From: an uncultured Candidatus Rokubacteria bacterium
GTDB taxonomy: Bacteria > Methylomirabilota > Methylomirabilia > Rokubacteriales > DASRDR01
Assembly: GCA_963805625.1 (NCBI GenBank)
Contig: CAWDVE010000016.1
Span: 32,001-96,000, forward strand
Length of the DNA stretch: 64,000 bases
Reading direction: 5' to 3'
The position numbers were made by a program, and so were the translations under genes. Shown here piece by piece: positions 19,189 to 29,471 of the stretch. Below the pieces are notes generated by a model. The model made no database searches. It saw only the letters and a program-made list of their open reading frames with translations, and had not been told where the DNA came from. Every line of letters begins with the position of its first letter. Position 1 is the first letter of the stretch.

Positions 19189-20355
19189 ATGCGGACACCG
19201 GTCGAGATCCTGATCGTGGGCGGCGGCGTGGTCGGCTGCAGCATCGCCTATCACCTGGCCCGGCGCGGCGCGCGCGGCGTCGTCGTGCTCGAGCAGGGAA
19301 CGGTCGGCTCCGGCTCCTCCGGCAAGGCCGTCGGCGGCGTGCGCCAGCAGTTCTCGACGCCGGTGTGCGTCCGGATGAGTCAGGTGAGCCTCGAGGTCTT
19401 CCGGCGCTTCGAGGCCGAGCTGGGCGCCGACCCGCTCTTCGACCCCTGCGGGTATCTCCTCGTCACGCGCGAGACGGACGAGATGGCGGCGTTCGAGCGC
19501 AACGTCCGGATGCAACAGGGCCTCGGGGTCGACGTGCGGCTCGTCACGCCGGCCGAGATCGGGCGGATCCACCCGTGGGTTGCCGTGGGCGATCTGGTCG
19601 GCGGGGCCTTCTGTCCGACGGACGGGGTCGCCGGGCCCGCCGAGGTCACGGCCGCCTTCGGACGCCGCGCCGCCGAACTGGGGGTCCGGATCCGCGAGGG
19701 CTGCCCGGTCACGGGGATCCGCATGCGTGACGGCCGGGTGGAGGCCGTGGAGACGCCCGCGGCCACGCTCGCCCCCGGCACGCTGGTCGTCGCCGCCGGC
19801 GCGTGGTCCGGCCGAGTCGGCGAGTGGCTCGGCGTGGACATTCCCGTCCGGCCGCTCAAGCGCGAGGTCTTCGTGAGCGAGGCGCTGCCGGACCACCCGC
19901 CGGCGACGCCGATGGTGATCGAGCCGGCGCGGTCGTGGTACTGCCGCCGGGAGGGGCCCGGCGTTCTCATGGCCGGCGGGCTCGGTCCCGGGTCGACGTT
20001 CGACACCGCGGTGGACTGGGCGAACCTCGCCACCTCCGCCGAGTGGGCGGTCCACCGCATGCCCCCGCTGGAGCACGCCGCGTTCACGCGGGCCTGGGCC
20101 GGCTCGCTCGACATGACGCCCGACGGCAACGCCATCCTCGGGCCCGTGCCGAATCTCTCGGGCGTGTACGTCGCCGCGGGGTTTAGCGGACACGGGTTCA
20201 TGCACAGTCCCGCCACCGGCCAGCTCATGGCCGAGCTGATCCTCGACGGGGCGGCGCGGACGGCAGACATCGCGCCGCTCGGGCTCGAGCGCTTCGCGCG
20301 CGGCGCGTGGCTGAGCGAGGCGCTGGTGTTCAGCCGGCCGCCGGAGGAGGGCTGA
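19189..20355 (+). CDS. FAD-dependent oxidoreductase (DAO/sarcosine oxidase beta-like)
   Basis: GGGVVG, GSGSSGKAVGGVRQQF, MTPDGNAILG and GFSGHGFMHSPA motifs. Confidence 0.9.
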   Translation: MRTPVEILIVGGGVVGCSIAYHLARRGARGVVVLEQGTVGSGSSGKAVGGVRQQFSTPVCVRMSQVSLEVFRRFEAELGADPLFDPCGYLLVTRETDEMAAFERNVRMQQGLGVDVRLVTPAEIGRIHPWVAVGDLVGGAFCPTDGVAGPAEVTAAFGRRAAELGVRIREGCPVTGIRMRDGRVEAVETPAATLAPGTLVVAAGAWSGRVGEWLGVDIPVRPLKREVFVSEALPDHPPATPMVIEPARSWYCRREGPGVLMAGGLGPGSTFDTAVDWANLATSAEWAVHRMPPLEHAAFTRAWAGSLDMTPDGNAILGPVPNLSGVYVAAGFSGHGFMHSPATGQLMAELILDGAARTADIAPLGLERFARGAWLSEALVFSRPPEEG

Positions 20356-22063
20356 CCGCGCGGAGCGCGGCGGTCGCATCGGCGTCGACGCGGCCGGCCA
20401 GGTCCACCGCCACCCGGTACACGTCCCGAGCGGCCGCCACCGAGATCTTCCCGTCGAGCGCGTCGCGCAGCACCGCATCCGGCTCGCGCTCGGCCGGTGG
20501 CCCCCAGCCGCCGCCGCCGGGGGTCTCCAGGCGCACGAGGTCCCCAGCCGCGATCGTGAGGTTCGTCGCCTTCGAGGGAAGCCGGACCTCCGTTCCGTCC
20601 GCGCGGACGAGCCAGTGGCGCGAGGGCGCGCCGTCGGCGCCGCCGAGGACCCCGCCCGGCGGGACCGTCTGGGCGTCGGAGCGGTTCGTGAAGTACCCGT
20701 CGCCGGACAGGTAGCGCACGTCGCGCCGGAGCCCGAGCCCGCCCCGGTGCCGGCCGGCCCCCGCGGAGTCCGCCAGGAACTCGTATCGCTCGACCCGGAG
20801 CGGGTACTCGAGCTCGAGCGCCTCGATCGGGACGTCGAGGCAGTTGGCCATCAGGCCGAAGGTCGCATCGAGGCCGTCGCCGGCCGGGGTCGCACCCCAG
20901 CCGCCGCCCAGGATCTCGAAGAAGACGTACGGCGTGTCGACGTCGGGCCGCCGTCCGGAGACCGAGAACGAGGTGAGGTGCGCGTGCCCGCTGCCGACCG
21001 CCCGGGTGCCGCGCGCCTGGTTGAACGCCATCACGATCGTGTTCGCGATCCGTTCGAGGGTGTGAAAGCGGCCGGAGAGCGGCGCCGGCGGCACCGGCTT
21101 GACGATGCTCCGCTCGGGGAGGACGACACGGATCGGGCGGTAGCATCCCTCGTTCTGCAGGATTAGCGGGTTCACCATGTAGCGGACGGCGCAGTACACG
21201 GAGGCGTACGCCGAGGAGAGGGCGCAGTTGAACGGGCCGCGGACCTGGGGGCTCGACCCGGTGAAGTCGACGGTCACGTCGCCGTCCTCCACCGTTACCG
21301 TCACCGCGATCCGGACCGGCGTGTCCGAGATGCCGTCGCCGTCCATGAATCCCTCGGCGGCATAGCGGCCGTTCGGATAGGCGCGGAGGTCCTCCCGCAT
21401 GAGCCGCTCGGAGTTGTCGAGGCTGGCCGCGACGATGGCGGCCAGCGGCTCCGCCCCGTGGCGCTCCGCCAGCTCGAGATAGCGGCGCTCGCCGACGGTG
21501 ACCGCCGCCACCTGGGCCCTCAGGTCCCCGAGCGTCTTCCGCGGCTCGCGGATGTTGCTGGCGATCAGGTCGAAGATCTCCTCGAAGAGGACGCCCCGCC
21601 GGTAGAGCTTCAGCGGCGGGATCATCAGCCCCTCCTCGAAGATGTCCCGGGCGTCGGTCGAGATGCTACCCGCCGCCCGCCCGCCGACGTCCAGGTGATG
21701 GCCGAGGGAGCCTGCTAGGGCGACCAGCCGGTCCCCGTGGAAGACCGGCTTGAAGATCATGATGTCCGGGTGGTGCGTGCCGCCCCGGTAGGGGTGATTG
21801 AGGATCACCACGTCGCCGGGCTCGAGGGGCACGGTCTGGAGGAGCGTCTTGGCGGCCAGGCTGAGCGTGCCCTGGTGGGACGGCACGTGGTCCGCCTGGG
21901 CGATGAGCTGGCCGGCGGGATCGAACAGCGCCGTCGAGCAGTCCATCTCCTCCCGGATCAGGGTCGAGTACGCCGTCCGCATGAGGGTGGTGCCCATCTC
22001 GCGGACGGCCGAGACCAGGTAGTTGCCGACCACCTCCAGCGTGACCGGATCCACCGCCGCCAT
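20330..22063 (-). CDS. Hydantoinase B/5-oxoprolinase family subunit
   Basis: DPVTLEVV, RTAYS, NHPYRGGTHHPD, SAGAGRHRGG and ETPGGGGWG motifs. Confidence 0.92.
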   Translation of the reverse strand: MAAVDPVTLEVVGNYLVSAVREMGTTLMRTAYSTLIREEMDCSTALFDPAGQLIAQADHVPSHQGTLSLAAKTLLQTVPLEPGDVVILNHPYRGGTHHPDIMIFKPVFHGDRLVALAGSLGHHLDVGGRAAGSISTDARDIFEEGLMIPPLKLYRRGVLFEEIFDLIASNIREPRKTLGDLRAQVAAVTVGERRYLELAERHGAEPLAAIVAASLDNSERLMREDLRAYPNGRYAAEGFMDGDGISDTPVRIAVTVTVEDGDVTVDFTGSSPQVRGPFNCALSSAYASVYCAVRYMVNPLILQNEGCYRPIRVVLPERSIVKPVPPAPLSGRFHTLERIANTIVMAFNQARGTRAVGSGHAHLTSFSVSGRRPDVDTPYVFFEILGGGWGATPAGDGLDATFGLMANCLDVPIEALELEYPLRVERYEFLADSAGAGRHRGGLGLRRDVRYLSGDGYFTNRSDAQTVPPGGVLGGADGAPSRHWLVRADGTEVRLPSKATNLTIAAGDLVRLETPGGGGWGPPAEREPDAVLRDALDGKISVAAARDVYRVAVDLAGRVDADATAALRAVSPPPAAG

Positions 22064-22065
22064 CC

Positions 22066-24129
22066 TCAGCGCTCCACCACGACTAGGAGGTTCCCCATGG
22101 CGTCGACGGTGCCGCGATGCCCGGGATACACGACCACGGTCGCCCCCGGCTCCTCCACGAATGCAGGGCCGGCCACCACCGCTCCCGCGCCCAGGCCGTG
22201 GCGCTCGAAGACGGGGCAGGGGAGCCACCCCGCGGCCCCGAAGTAGGCGTGGCGTTCGCCCTTGCGCACCGGGACGTCGCCGCTCGCTCCGCCCGTCAGC
22301 GGCGCGAGCTCGGCCTTCCGCACGATGCCGATGCCGGTCACCCGGAAGTTGACGAGCTCCACCGGCTCCCGCTCGTCCGCCTGGCCGTAGCTCCGCCGGT
22401 GCGCGGCGTGGAAGCCGGCCACCAGGGCGCCGACGTCCACGATGCTCCCCGGGCGGGATGGCGGCACGGGCACGCTCACCTCGTAGGCCTGCCCGTGATA
22501 GCGCATATCGCAGGCGCGCTCGAGCAGCATGCGGGCGGGCGGGATGCCCTCGTCCCGCAGCGTGGCGAGGAGCCGCGTCTCGAGCCCGCCGAAGAGGGTC
22601 TCGATGGCGGCGCCGTCCGCCGACGTGGCGGCGACCAGGCGCGTCACCACCCGGGTGTGCTTCACGTCGGTCATCAGCAAGCCGAGCGCCGACAGCACGC
22701 TCGGATGCACGGGGACGAGGATGCGGCCGATGCCCATCTCCTCGGCCACGCGCCCGGCGTAGAGCGCGCCCGCCCCCCCGAAGGGGAGGAGCGCGAACGC
22801 GCGCGGGTCGATGCCCTGCTCGACCGAGACCGCGCGGATGCCGCTCACCATGTTGGCAACCTGGACGCGGACGATCGCCTCCGCAGCGTCGGCCAGGTCG
22901 AGGCCGAGCGGTCGCGCGATGCGGTCGGCGATGCTCGCACGGGCGGCATCCGGCGCCAGGGCGAGGTCGCCGCCCAGGAAGTAGCTCGGGTCGATCAGCC
23001 CCAGCACGACGGCCGCATCCGTGCTGGTCGGCTCCGTGCCCCCGCGGCCATAGCAGGCGGGGCCCGGGTCCGCGCCCGCGCTCTCCGGGCCGACCTTCAA
23101 CGTGCCGCGGAAGAACCGGGCAACGCTCCCGCCGCCGGCGCCGATCGTGTGCGTGTCCACCTGCGGGATCTTCACGGGGAAGCCGCCGACGCGCCCCTCG
23201 GCGGCGAGTCCCACCCGACCGTCCCGGACCAGGCTCACGTCGAGGCTCGTCCCGCCCATGTCCATGGTGATGACGTCGCGGAGGCCGGCGGCGCCGGCGA
23301 CCGCGACGGCGCCGCCGACGCCGCCCGCCGGCCCCGAGAGCAGCGTCCGCACGGGCTCGGTCCGGGCCTGGACGCTCGACATCACCCCGCCGTTGGACTG
23401 CATGATCCGGAGGGGCGCGCGGAGGCCGGCCGCGGCCAGCTCCGCCTCGAGCCGCGCCGCCAGGTGGCGGACCTTCGGCATCACGTACGCGTTGAGCGCC
23501 GTGGTACAGGTCCGCTCGTACTCGCGGAACTCGGGGCAGACCTCCGACGAGAGCGAGACGTCGAGGCCCGGTGCCGCGCGCTCGATGGCGGCGCGCAGCC
23601 GCCGCTCGTGCTCGGGGCGGAGGAACGAGAAGAGGAGGGCGACCGCCACCGCCTCGACGCCGAGGATCGCCACCTCAGCGGCCACGCGCTCCGCCTCGGC
23701 GTCGGTCAGCGGCACCACGGTCGACCCGTCCGCCGCGATTCGCTCGTCCACCTCCCGCCGCCACCGGCGGGGGACGAGCGGCTCCGGCCGCTGCAGGGCG
23801 AGGTCGAACAGCCGGTGGCGCCACTGCCGCTGGATCTCCAGCACGTCCCGCGTGCCGCGCGTGGCGACGAGGGCGGTGCGCCCGCCCTTTCGCTCGAGCA
23901 CAGCGTTGGTCGCGACCGTGGTCCCGAAGATGAAGCGCTCGATCGCCGCGGGGCGGATCCCGTGCCGCTCCTCGAGCCGCGCCAGCCCGCGGGCGATCGC
24001 GCGCGCCGGATCGGCAGGCTCGGAGGCGACCTTGAGGGTGTGGATCGCCCCCGTCTGGACGTCCAGGGCCACGAAGTCGGTGAAGGTCCCGCCGGTGTCG
24101 ACCCCCACGTGGTGCGTGCGGCGCTCCAT
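22066..24129 (-). CDS. Hydantoinase A/5-oxoprolinase family subunit
   Basis: GVDTGGTFTD, LSGPAGGV, DMGGTSLD, IGAGGGS and GADPGPACYG motifs. Confidence 0.92.
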   Translation of the reverse strand: MERRTHHVGVDTGGTFTDFVALDVQTGAIHTLKVASEPADPARAIARGLARLEERHGIRPAAIERFIFGTTVATNAVLERKGGRTALVATRGTRDVLEIQRQWRHRLFDLALQRPEPLVPRRWRREVDERIAADGSTVVPLTDAEAERVAAEVAILGVEAVAVALLFSFLRPEHERRLRAAIERAAPGLDVSLSSEVCPEFREYERTCTTALNAYVMPKVRHLAARLEAELAAAGLRAPLRIMQSNGGVMSSVQARTEPVRTLLSGPAGGVGGAVAVAGAAGLRDVITMDMGGTSLDVSLVRDGRVGLAAEGRVGGFPVKIPQVDTHTIGAGGGSVARFFRGTLKVGPESAGADPGPACYGRGGTEPTSTDAAVVLGLIDPSYFLGGDLALAPDAARASIADRIARPLGLDLADAAEAIVRVQVANMVSGIRAVSVEQGIDPRAFALLPFGGAGALYAGRVAEEMGIGRILVPVHPSVLSALGLLMTDVKHTRVVTRLVAATSADGAAIETLFGGLETRLLATLRDEGIPPARMLLERACDMRYHGQAYEVSVPVPPSRPGSIVDVGALVAGFHAAHRRSYGQADEREPVELVNFRVTGIGIVRKAELAPLTGGASGDVPVRKGERHAYFGAAGWLPCPVFERHGLGAGAVVAGPAFVEEPGATVVVYPGHRGTVDAMGNLLVVVER

Positions 24130-24239
24130 GACCCCCCTTGCGTGCGGTGGCCTGCCTATACTACCTATCCTCCATACGCCCGTCGATCCGCCGGGCGGTC
24201 CCTCTCCAGGTGAGTGGCACACGCCACAAGGAGGCGAAC

Positions 24240-25316
24240 ATGGCGAAGGTGGATGGGGTCTCGCGACGTACCGTGCTGCGGGGTGCCGCCGGCGCAGTGC
24301 TGGGGGCGCCCCTGGTTCTCGTGTCGCGGAAGTCGGTCGCCCAGGGCAAGCGGATCGTCATCCGGGATCCGGGCGGGCCGTTCACGGTGGCGTTCGCCGA
24401 GGCGTACTACAAGCCGTTCCGCGAGGCCACGGGGATCGAGGCCGTGGGGGTGGCGTCCGCCCACGAGCCGACCAGCCAGATCAAGAGCATGGTCGACACG
24501 AAGACGTACACGTGGGACATGGCACTCCTGAGCCAGGCTGCCTCCGACCAGCTACTCAAGGAGGGCGACTACCTCGAGAAGATCGGGCTCGACCACCTGC
24601 CCGGGGTCCAGGAGCTCCGGCCCGAGTTCCGGGACGCCCACAACTACGGCAACGACGTGTACACGGCCGTCATCGGCTACCGGACCGACGCCTTCAAGGG
24701 CCGGAAGGTACCGGTCTCGTGGAAGGACCTCTGGGACGTCTCAGGCATCCCCGGGCGGCGGTCCATCCGCAAGCACCCCTTCGACACCATCGAGGAGGCG
24801 CTCCTGGCTGACGGCGTGCCGAAGGACAAGCTGTACCCCTGCGACATCGACCGGGCGTTTAAGAGCCTCGATCGCATCAAGAAGGACGTTGCCGTGTGGT
24901 GGACTGGCGGAGCGCAGGCCACCCAGATGATCAAGAGCGGCGAGGTCGACATGGTGCCAACCTGGAACGCACGCATCCAGGCCGCGATCGACGAGGGTGC
25001 GCCGGCCGCCATCTCCTGGGAGCAGGGCCTGTGGGCGGTGGAGGGCTGGTCCATCCTGAAGGGGACGCCCAACGCCGACCTCTGCCGGAAGTTCGTCGAG
25101 TTCTGCGCCGACCCGAAGCGGCAGGCGGCCTACACCCGGCACCTCTCCTACGGCCCGACGAACCCGAGCGCCTACAAGTTCGTGGACCCCAAGCGGGCGC
25201 CTGTGCTCCCGACGCACCCGGACAACTATGCCCGGACGATCAAGGTCGACTACAAGTACTGGGGAAGCAACAAGGACAAGGTCACCGAGCGGTTCAACGC
25301 CTGGCTGATCTCCTGA
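24240..25316 (+). CDS. PotD/PotF-like ABC substrate-binding protein with Tat-type signal
   Basis: SRRTVLRG signal; SWKDLWD and EEALLADGV motifs. Confidence 0.88.
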   Translation: MAKVDGVSRRTVLRGAAGAVLGAPLVLVSRKSVAQGKRIVIRDPGGPFTVAFAEAYYKPFREATGIEAVGVASAHEPTSQIKSMVDTKTYTWDMALLSQAASDQLLKEGDYLEKIGLDHLPGVQELRPEFRDAHNYGNDVYTAVIGYRTDAFKGRKVPVSWKDLWDVSGIPGRRSIRKHPFDTIEEALLADGVPKDKLYPCDIDRAFKSLDRIKKDVAVWWTGGAQATQMIKSGEVDMVPTWNARIQAAIDEGAPAAISWEQGLWAVEGWSILKGTPNADLCRKFVEFCADPKRQAAYTRHLSYGPTNPSAYKFVDPKRAPVLPTHPDNYARTIKVDYKYWGSNKDKVTERFNAWLIS

Positions 25317-25440
25317 TCGCCACTCCGCGGTCCCTAATCCTCGCGACCCACGACGTGCGCTCGGGGGGACGGTCCAGCGCCCCGTCTCCCCGGGACGCTC
25401 CCGGTGTCCGGGGAGCGGGACGCGCGGGACTCGCCGCCTG

Positions 25441-26520
25441 ATGCCGGACTCCAAGCTCGAGGTGCGCGACCTCCGGAAGGCCTACGGCGCCGTCGTCGCG
25501 GTCGCCGAGGCGAACCTGGACGTCCGCGAGGGCGAGTTCGTCACGCTCCTGGGCCCCTCCGGATCCGGCAAGACGACGCTCCTCATGATCGTCGCCGGCC
25601 TGATCCAACCCGACCGCGGTGAGGTGTGGATCGATGGGCGGCTTGCCACCTACGTCCCGAGCTTCAAGCGCGACATCGGGATGGTGTTCCAGAGCTACGC
25701 CTTGTTTCCCCACCTCACCGTGTTCGAGAACATCGCGTTCCCCCTCCGCATGCGCCGGATGTCGGAAGCGACCATCGCCCAGGAGGTGCGGCGCGTCCTC
25801 GAGATCGTGCGGCTCCCCGACGTCGGGGACCGCCTGCCCCGGGCGCTCTCGGGCGGGCAGCAACAGCGGGTGGCGCTGGCCCGCTGCATCGTGTACCGCC
25901 CCTCGATCGTGCTCATGGACGAGCCGCTGGGGGCGCTCGACAAGAAGCTCCGCGACCAGATGCAGCTCGAGATCAAGCACCTGCACACCGCGCTCGGGAT
26001 CACGGTCCTCTACGTCACGCACGACCAGGAAGAGGCCATGATCATGTCCGACCGGATCTGCCTGATGAACGACGGGCGCATCGAGCAGATCGGGTCGCCC
26101 CAGGAGCTGTACTTCAGGCCGCGGACGCTCTTCGCCGCCGACTTCCTCGGGGAGTCGAACATGTTGGACGCCACCGTTCTCGCGGTCGAGGGCGGCCTCC
26201 TCGTCCTCGGCGGGACCGCGGGCGCGGGTCTCCGCGCCCGGGCGGCGCCGAGCGTCCGGCTGGGCGATCGCGTCAAGCTGGTGGTCCGGCCGGAGCGCCT
26301 CGCCCTCCTCGGTCCCGGCGAGGAGGCGGAGAACGTGCTGGACGGTGTGCTCCGCGAGGTGATCCTGGTCGGCGGCGTGACGAAGTACTACGTCGTCGTC
26401 GGGGACGGGCGGACGGTGTCGGCGGCGCAGCTCACAGCCGGGCCGCCCGGGCGGATCGCCGCCGACGCCAAGGTGCGGGTGGGCTGGGCCACGGACAGCG
26501 GCGTGGTGCTGCCGGCGTGA
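25441..26520 (+). CDS. PotA-like ABC ATP-binding protein
   Basis: [29 protein letters not shown]; TOBE-like C-terminus. Confidence 0.92.
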   Translation: MPDSKLEVRDLRKAYGAVVAVAEANLDVREGEFVTLLGPSGSGKTTLLMIVAGLIQPDRGEVWIDGRLATYVPSFKRDIGMVFQSYALFPHLTVFENIAFPLRMRRMSEATIAQEVRRVLEIVRLPDVGDRLPRALSGGQQQRVALARCIVYRPSIVLMDEPLGALDKKLRDQMQLEIKHLHTALGITVLYVTHDQEEAMIMSDRICLMNDGRIEQIGSPQELYFRPRTLFAADFLGESNMLDATVLAVEGGLLVLGGTAGAGLRARAAPSVRLGDRVKLVVRPERLALLGPGEEAENVLDGVLREVILVGGVTKYYVVVGDGRTVSAAQLTAGPPGRIAADAKVRVGWATDSGVVLPA

Positions 26521-26575
26521 TCCCCCGGGCCGAAGGCCGTCCGATCAGTTCCTCGAGCGGGGCCAGGGCCGCCTG

Positions 26576-28384
26576 ATGAGCTCGGGCGAGGCTGCGGTGT
26601 CGCGGCGGGCCCGCCGGCCGCCCCTCCGGCTGCCGTGGGCCCCGCTCCTGCCGGCGCTCGGCTTCCTGGCGGTCGTCTTCGTCTACCCGGTGCTCCAACT
26701 CCTGTGGCTCTCCGTTGTGGACCGGAGCGGCGCGCTGACCGGGGCCCACTACGCGCGCCTGGCGGCGACGCCGGTGTACGCCCAGGTGCTCCTCATCACG
26801 TTCAAGATCGCGGCCTGGACCACCGGGCTCTGCATCCTGGGCGGCTACCCGGTGGCCTACGTCCTGGCCACCGCCGGAGCCCGCTGGCGCGGCGTACTGA
26901 CCCTCTGCGTGCTGCTCCCCTTCTGGACGAGCTTCCTCGTCCGGACGTTTGCCTGGATCGTGCTCCTCGGGCGCAACGGCGCGGTGAACGGCCTACTTCA
27001 GGCGATGGGCGTGATCGACGCTCCGACCGAGCTGATCTACAACTTCACCGGCGTGATGATCGGGATGACGCACGCCCTCATGCCGCTCGGCGTGCTGACG
27101 ATGGTGGCGGTGATGGAGAGCATCGATCCGAACCTGGGCCGGGCGGCGGCGACGCTCGGTGCGCGCGGCGGGCAGGCGTTCTGGCGCGTCTATTTTCCCC
27201 TGTCGCTGCCCGGAGTGGCCGCGGCCGGCCTGCTGGTCTTCATTACCGCGCTCGGCTTCTTCATCACGCCCGCACTCCTGGGTGGCCGCCGCGAGACGAT
27301 GATCACGCAGATCATCATCGAGCAGGTCCAGGACCTCCTGAACTGGGCGTTCGCGGGAGCGATCTCACTCCTCCTGCTGGTCTCGGCGATGATCGTCTTC
27401 TACCTCTACGACCGGGCGCTCGGCATGTCGACGCTCGCCGGTGAGGCCCCGCCCGATCGCCGGAGCGGCCGCGGCAACTCCATCGGCCGGGTCGCCGCGT
27501 GGGCTGGCTGGCGCGTGGCGGGAGGGATCGGCTGGCTCGCCGATCGCCTGGCAGACGCCCGCGAGCGAGTGTTCCCGGCGCGCGCCGACCGTCCCGGCCG
27601 GCGGTGGGGGCGCGGCCTCCAGTGGGTCACGGCGCTCCTGGTCATCGCCTTCCTCGTGCTCCCGGCATTCTTCATCGTGCCCGTCTCGTTCACGACCGAG
27701 GCGTTCATCGAGTGGCCGCCGCGGGGCTTCACGCTCCGGTGGTACGAGGTCTACCTCGGGTCCCGGCAGTGGATCGGGGCGACCGTCCGATCGTTCGGGG
27801 TGGGGGTCGCCACCGCAGCCCTGGCGATGCTGATCGGCACGCCGGCCGCGTTCGTCCTCGCCCGGCGGAGCATCCCGGGGCGGACGGCGGCCCTGGCACT
27901 CGTCCTGTCCCCGCTCATCATCCCGCGCATGATCATCGCCGTCGCCCTGTTCTACCTTTACGCCCGCGTGGGGCTGGTCGGCTCGCCGCTCGGCCTGGTG
28001 CTCGGCCACACGGTGCTGGCCGTGCCCTACGTGATCGTCACCGTGATGGCGGTGCTGAAGACGTACGACGAGCGGCTCGATCACGCCGCCTGGAGCCTGG
28101 GCGCCAGTCGCCCGCGCACGATCTGGCACGTGACCTTTCCCCTGATCCGCGCCGGGCTGATCGCCGCCTTCCTGTTCGCGTTCGTCACGTCCTTCGACGA
28201 GCTGACGATCGCCCTGTTCGTGACCGGTGGGCTGGCCACCACGCTCCCGAAGCAGATGTGGGACGAGGCGCTCTTCAAGGTCACGCCGACCCTCGCGGCG
28301 GTGTCCGCTATCCTGCTCGTCTTCGTCACGGTGATGATCGTGCTCGCGGAGTACTTTCGCCAGCGCGCCGTCCGCGCGACCTGA
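26576..28384 (+). CDS. Fused double ABC permease (PotB-PotC-like)
   Basis: Two permease domains (PFWTSFLVRTFAW... and SFDELTIALF). Confidence 0.88.
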   Translation: MSSGEAAVSRRARRPPLRLPWAPLLPALGFLAVVFVYPVLQLLWLSVVDRSGALTGAHYARLAATPVYAQVLLITFKIAAWTTGLCILGGYPVAYVLATAGARWRGVLTLCVLLPFWTSFLVRTFAWIVLLGRNGAVNGLLQAMGVIDAPTELIYNFTGVMIGMTHALMPLGVLTMVAVMESIDPNLGRAAATLGARGGQAFWRVYFPLSLPGVAAAGLLVFITALGFFITPALLGGRRETMITQIIIEQVQDLLNWAFAGAISLLLLVSAMIVFYLYDRALGMSTLAGEAPPDRRSGRGNSIGRVAAWAGWRVAGGIGWLADRLADARERVFPARADRPGRRWGRGLQWVTALLVIAFLVLPAFFIVPVSFTTEAFIEWPPRGFTLRWYEVYLGSRQWIGATVRSFGVGVATAALAMLIGTPAAFVLARRSIPGRTAALALVLSPLIIPRMIIAVALFYLYARVGLVGSPLGLVLGHTVLAVPYVIVTVMAVLKTYDERLDHAAWSLGASRPRTIWHVTFPLIRAGLIAAFLFAFVTSFDELTIALFVTGGLATTLPKQMWDEALFKVTPTLAAVSAILLVFVTVMIVLAEYFRQRAVRAT

Positions 28385-28394
28385 GGAGGTGCCC

Positions 28395-29471
28395 ATGCCC
28401 CCGCTCCTCTCCGACGACGCCTGGCCGCTCGCGCGCCGGTCCACGACCATCGCGGGCCTGTGGGCGCTTCAGTACGCGGCCCTCCAGCTCACGCTCCTCC
28501 GGGAGAAGGGCGAACCCGCGCTGACCGAGTTCAAGTACCGGATCCTCCACATGCACCACAAAGCGCACTTCGTGGACGGCCTCCGGAAGCTCGGGATCGC
28601 CCGCGACCTGCCGCCGGCGGTGATCGCCGGGCGCTACCACTACCTGTCCAATCAGGTGGGTGGCCTCGGCATGGAGTACGTGGAGGAGTCGCCGCGGAAG
28701 GTCTGGATTCGCTACCTGGCGCCGTCCTGGGGATTCCCGGGCGCCGGGCTGTTCGCGGTGCCGGCGCGCTCCGCCCGCGCAGTGTTCGCCGGCTGGCACG
28801 CCCACAACGGGGCGTCGCTCGGGTGCCCCCGGCTCGGCTTCGTCCTGACCAAGCTCTACCAGGAAGGCGAGCCGTACGACGAGGGCTACTTCGAGGAGCA
28901 CGACCGCGACCTGGCGTCCGACGAGCGGCTCCAGTTCCGGACGGTCACGAGGTCGCCGGATTTCGATCCGGCCCGGGCGCCGAGGCTCGATCCAGCGGCC
29001 TGGCCGGAGGAGCGGCGCCACCGGGCCAACCGGAACTTCGCCCGGGGCTACGTCGAGGACGGCATCCGGACCCTGGTCGAAATGCTGGGCGTCCATGCTG
29101 GTTGCGCGATCGTTGCCCAGGCGCTCCGGGCCGTCGCCATCCAGACCCACCACGAGCTGATTGCCACGCTCGGGGCCGCGGGCGAGGGCGCTCGGGGGCT
29201 CGCCCGCTTCCTCGCGTGCCTCGCCGAACTGGCCGGCGAGGAGGTCGACTGCCGCGAGGAGCGACCGGGGCGCTGGGTGATCGAGCGCACCTCGCGGCTC
29301 CTCGCCGGCGGCGACGTCCCGGCCGAGGTCCATCACGCCCTCTTCGCCTTCCCAGCGATGTGCGCCAGGCTCCAGGGTGCCCGGGTCCGGCTCGCCGTGG
29401 CGGCGCTCCGGGCAGAGGGCGCGCCGCGCGACACGTGGATCGTGGAGGACGTCCGGGAGCGGCTCTTCTGA
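28395..29471 (+). CDS. Conserved hypothetical protein
   Basis: Long ORF with GGAGG RBS, translationally coupled within the operon; no motif I can name confidently. Confidence 0.75.
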   Translation: MPPLLSDDAWPLARRSTTIAGLWALQYAALQLTLLREKGEPALTEFKYRILHMHHKAHFVDGLRKLGIARDLPPAVIAGRYHYLSNQVGGLGMEYVEESPRKVWIRYLAPSWGFPGAGLFAVPARSARAVFAGWHAHNGASLGCPRLGFVLTKLYQEGEPYDEGYFEEHDRDLASDERLQFRTVTRSPDFDPARAPRLDPAAWPEERRHRANRNFARGYVEDGIRTLVEMLGVHAGCAIVAQALRAVAIQTHHELIATLGAAGEGARGLARFLACLAELAGEEVDCREERPGRWVIERTSRLLAGGDVPAEVHHALFAFPAMCARLQGARVRLAVAALRAEGAPRDTWIVEDVRERLF

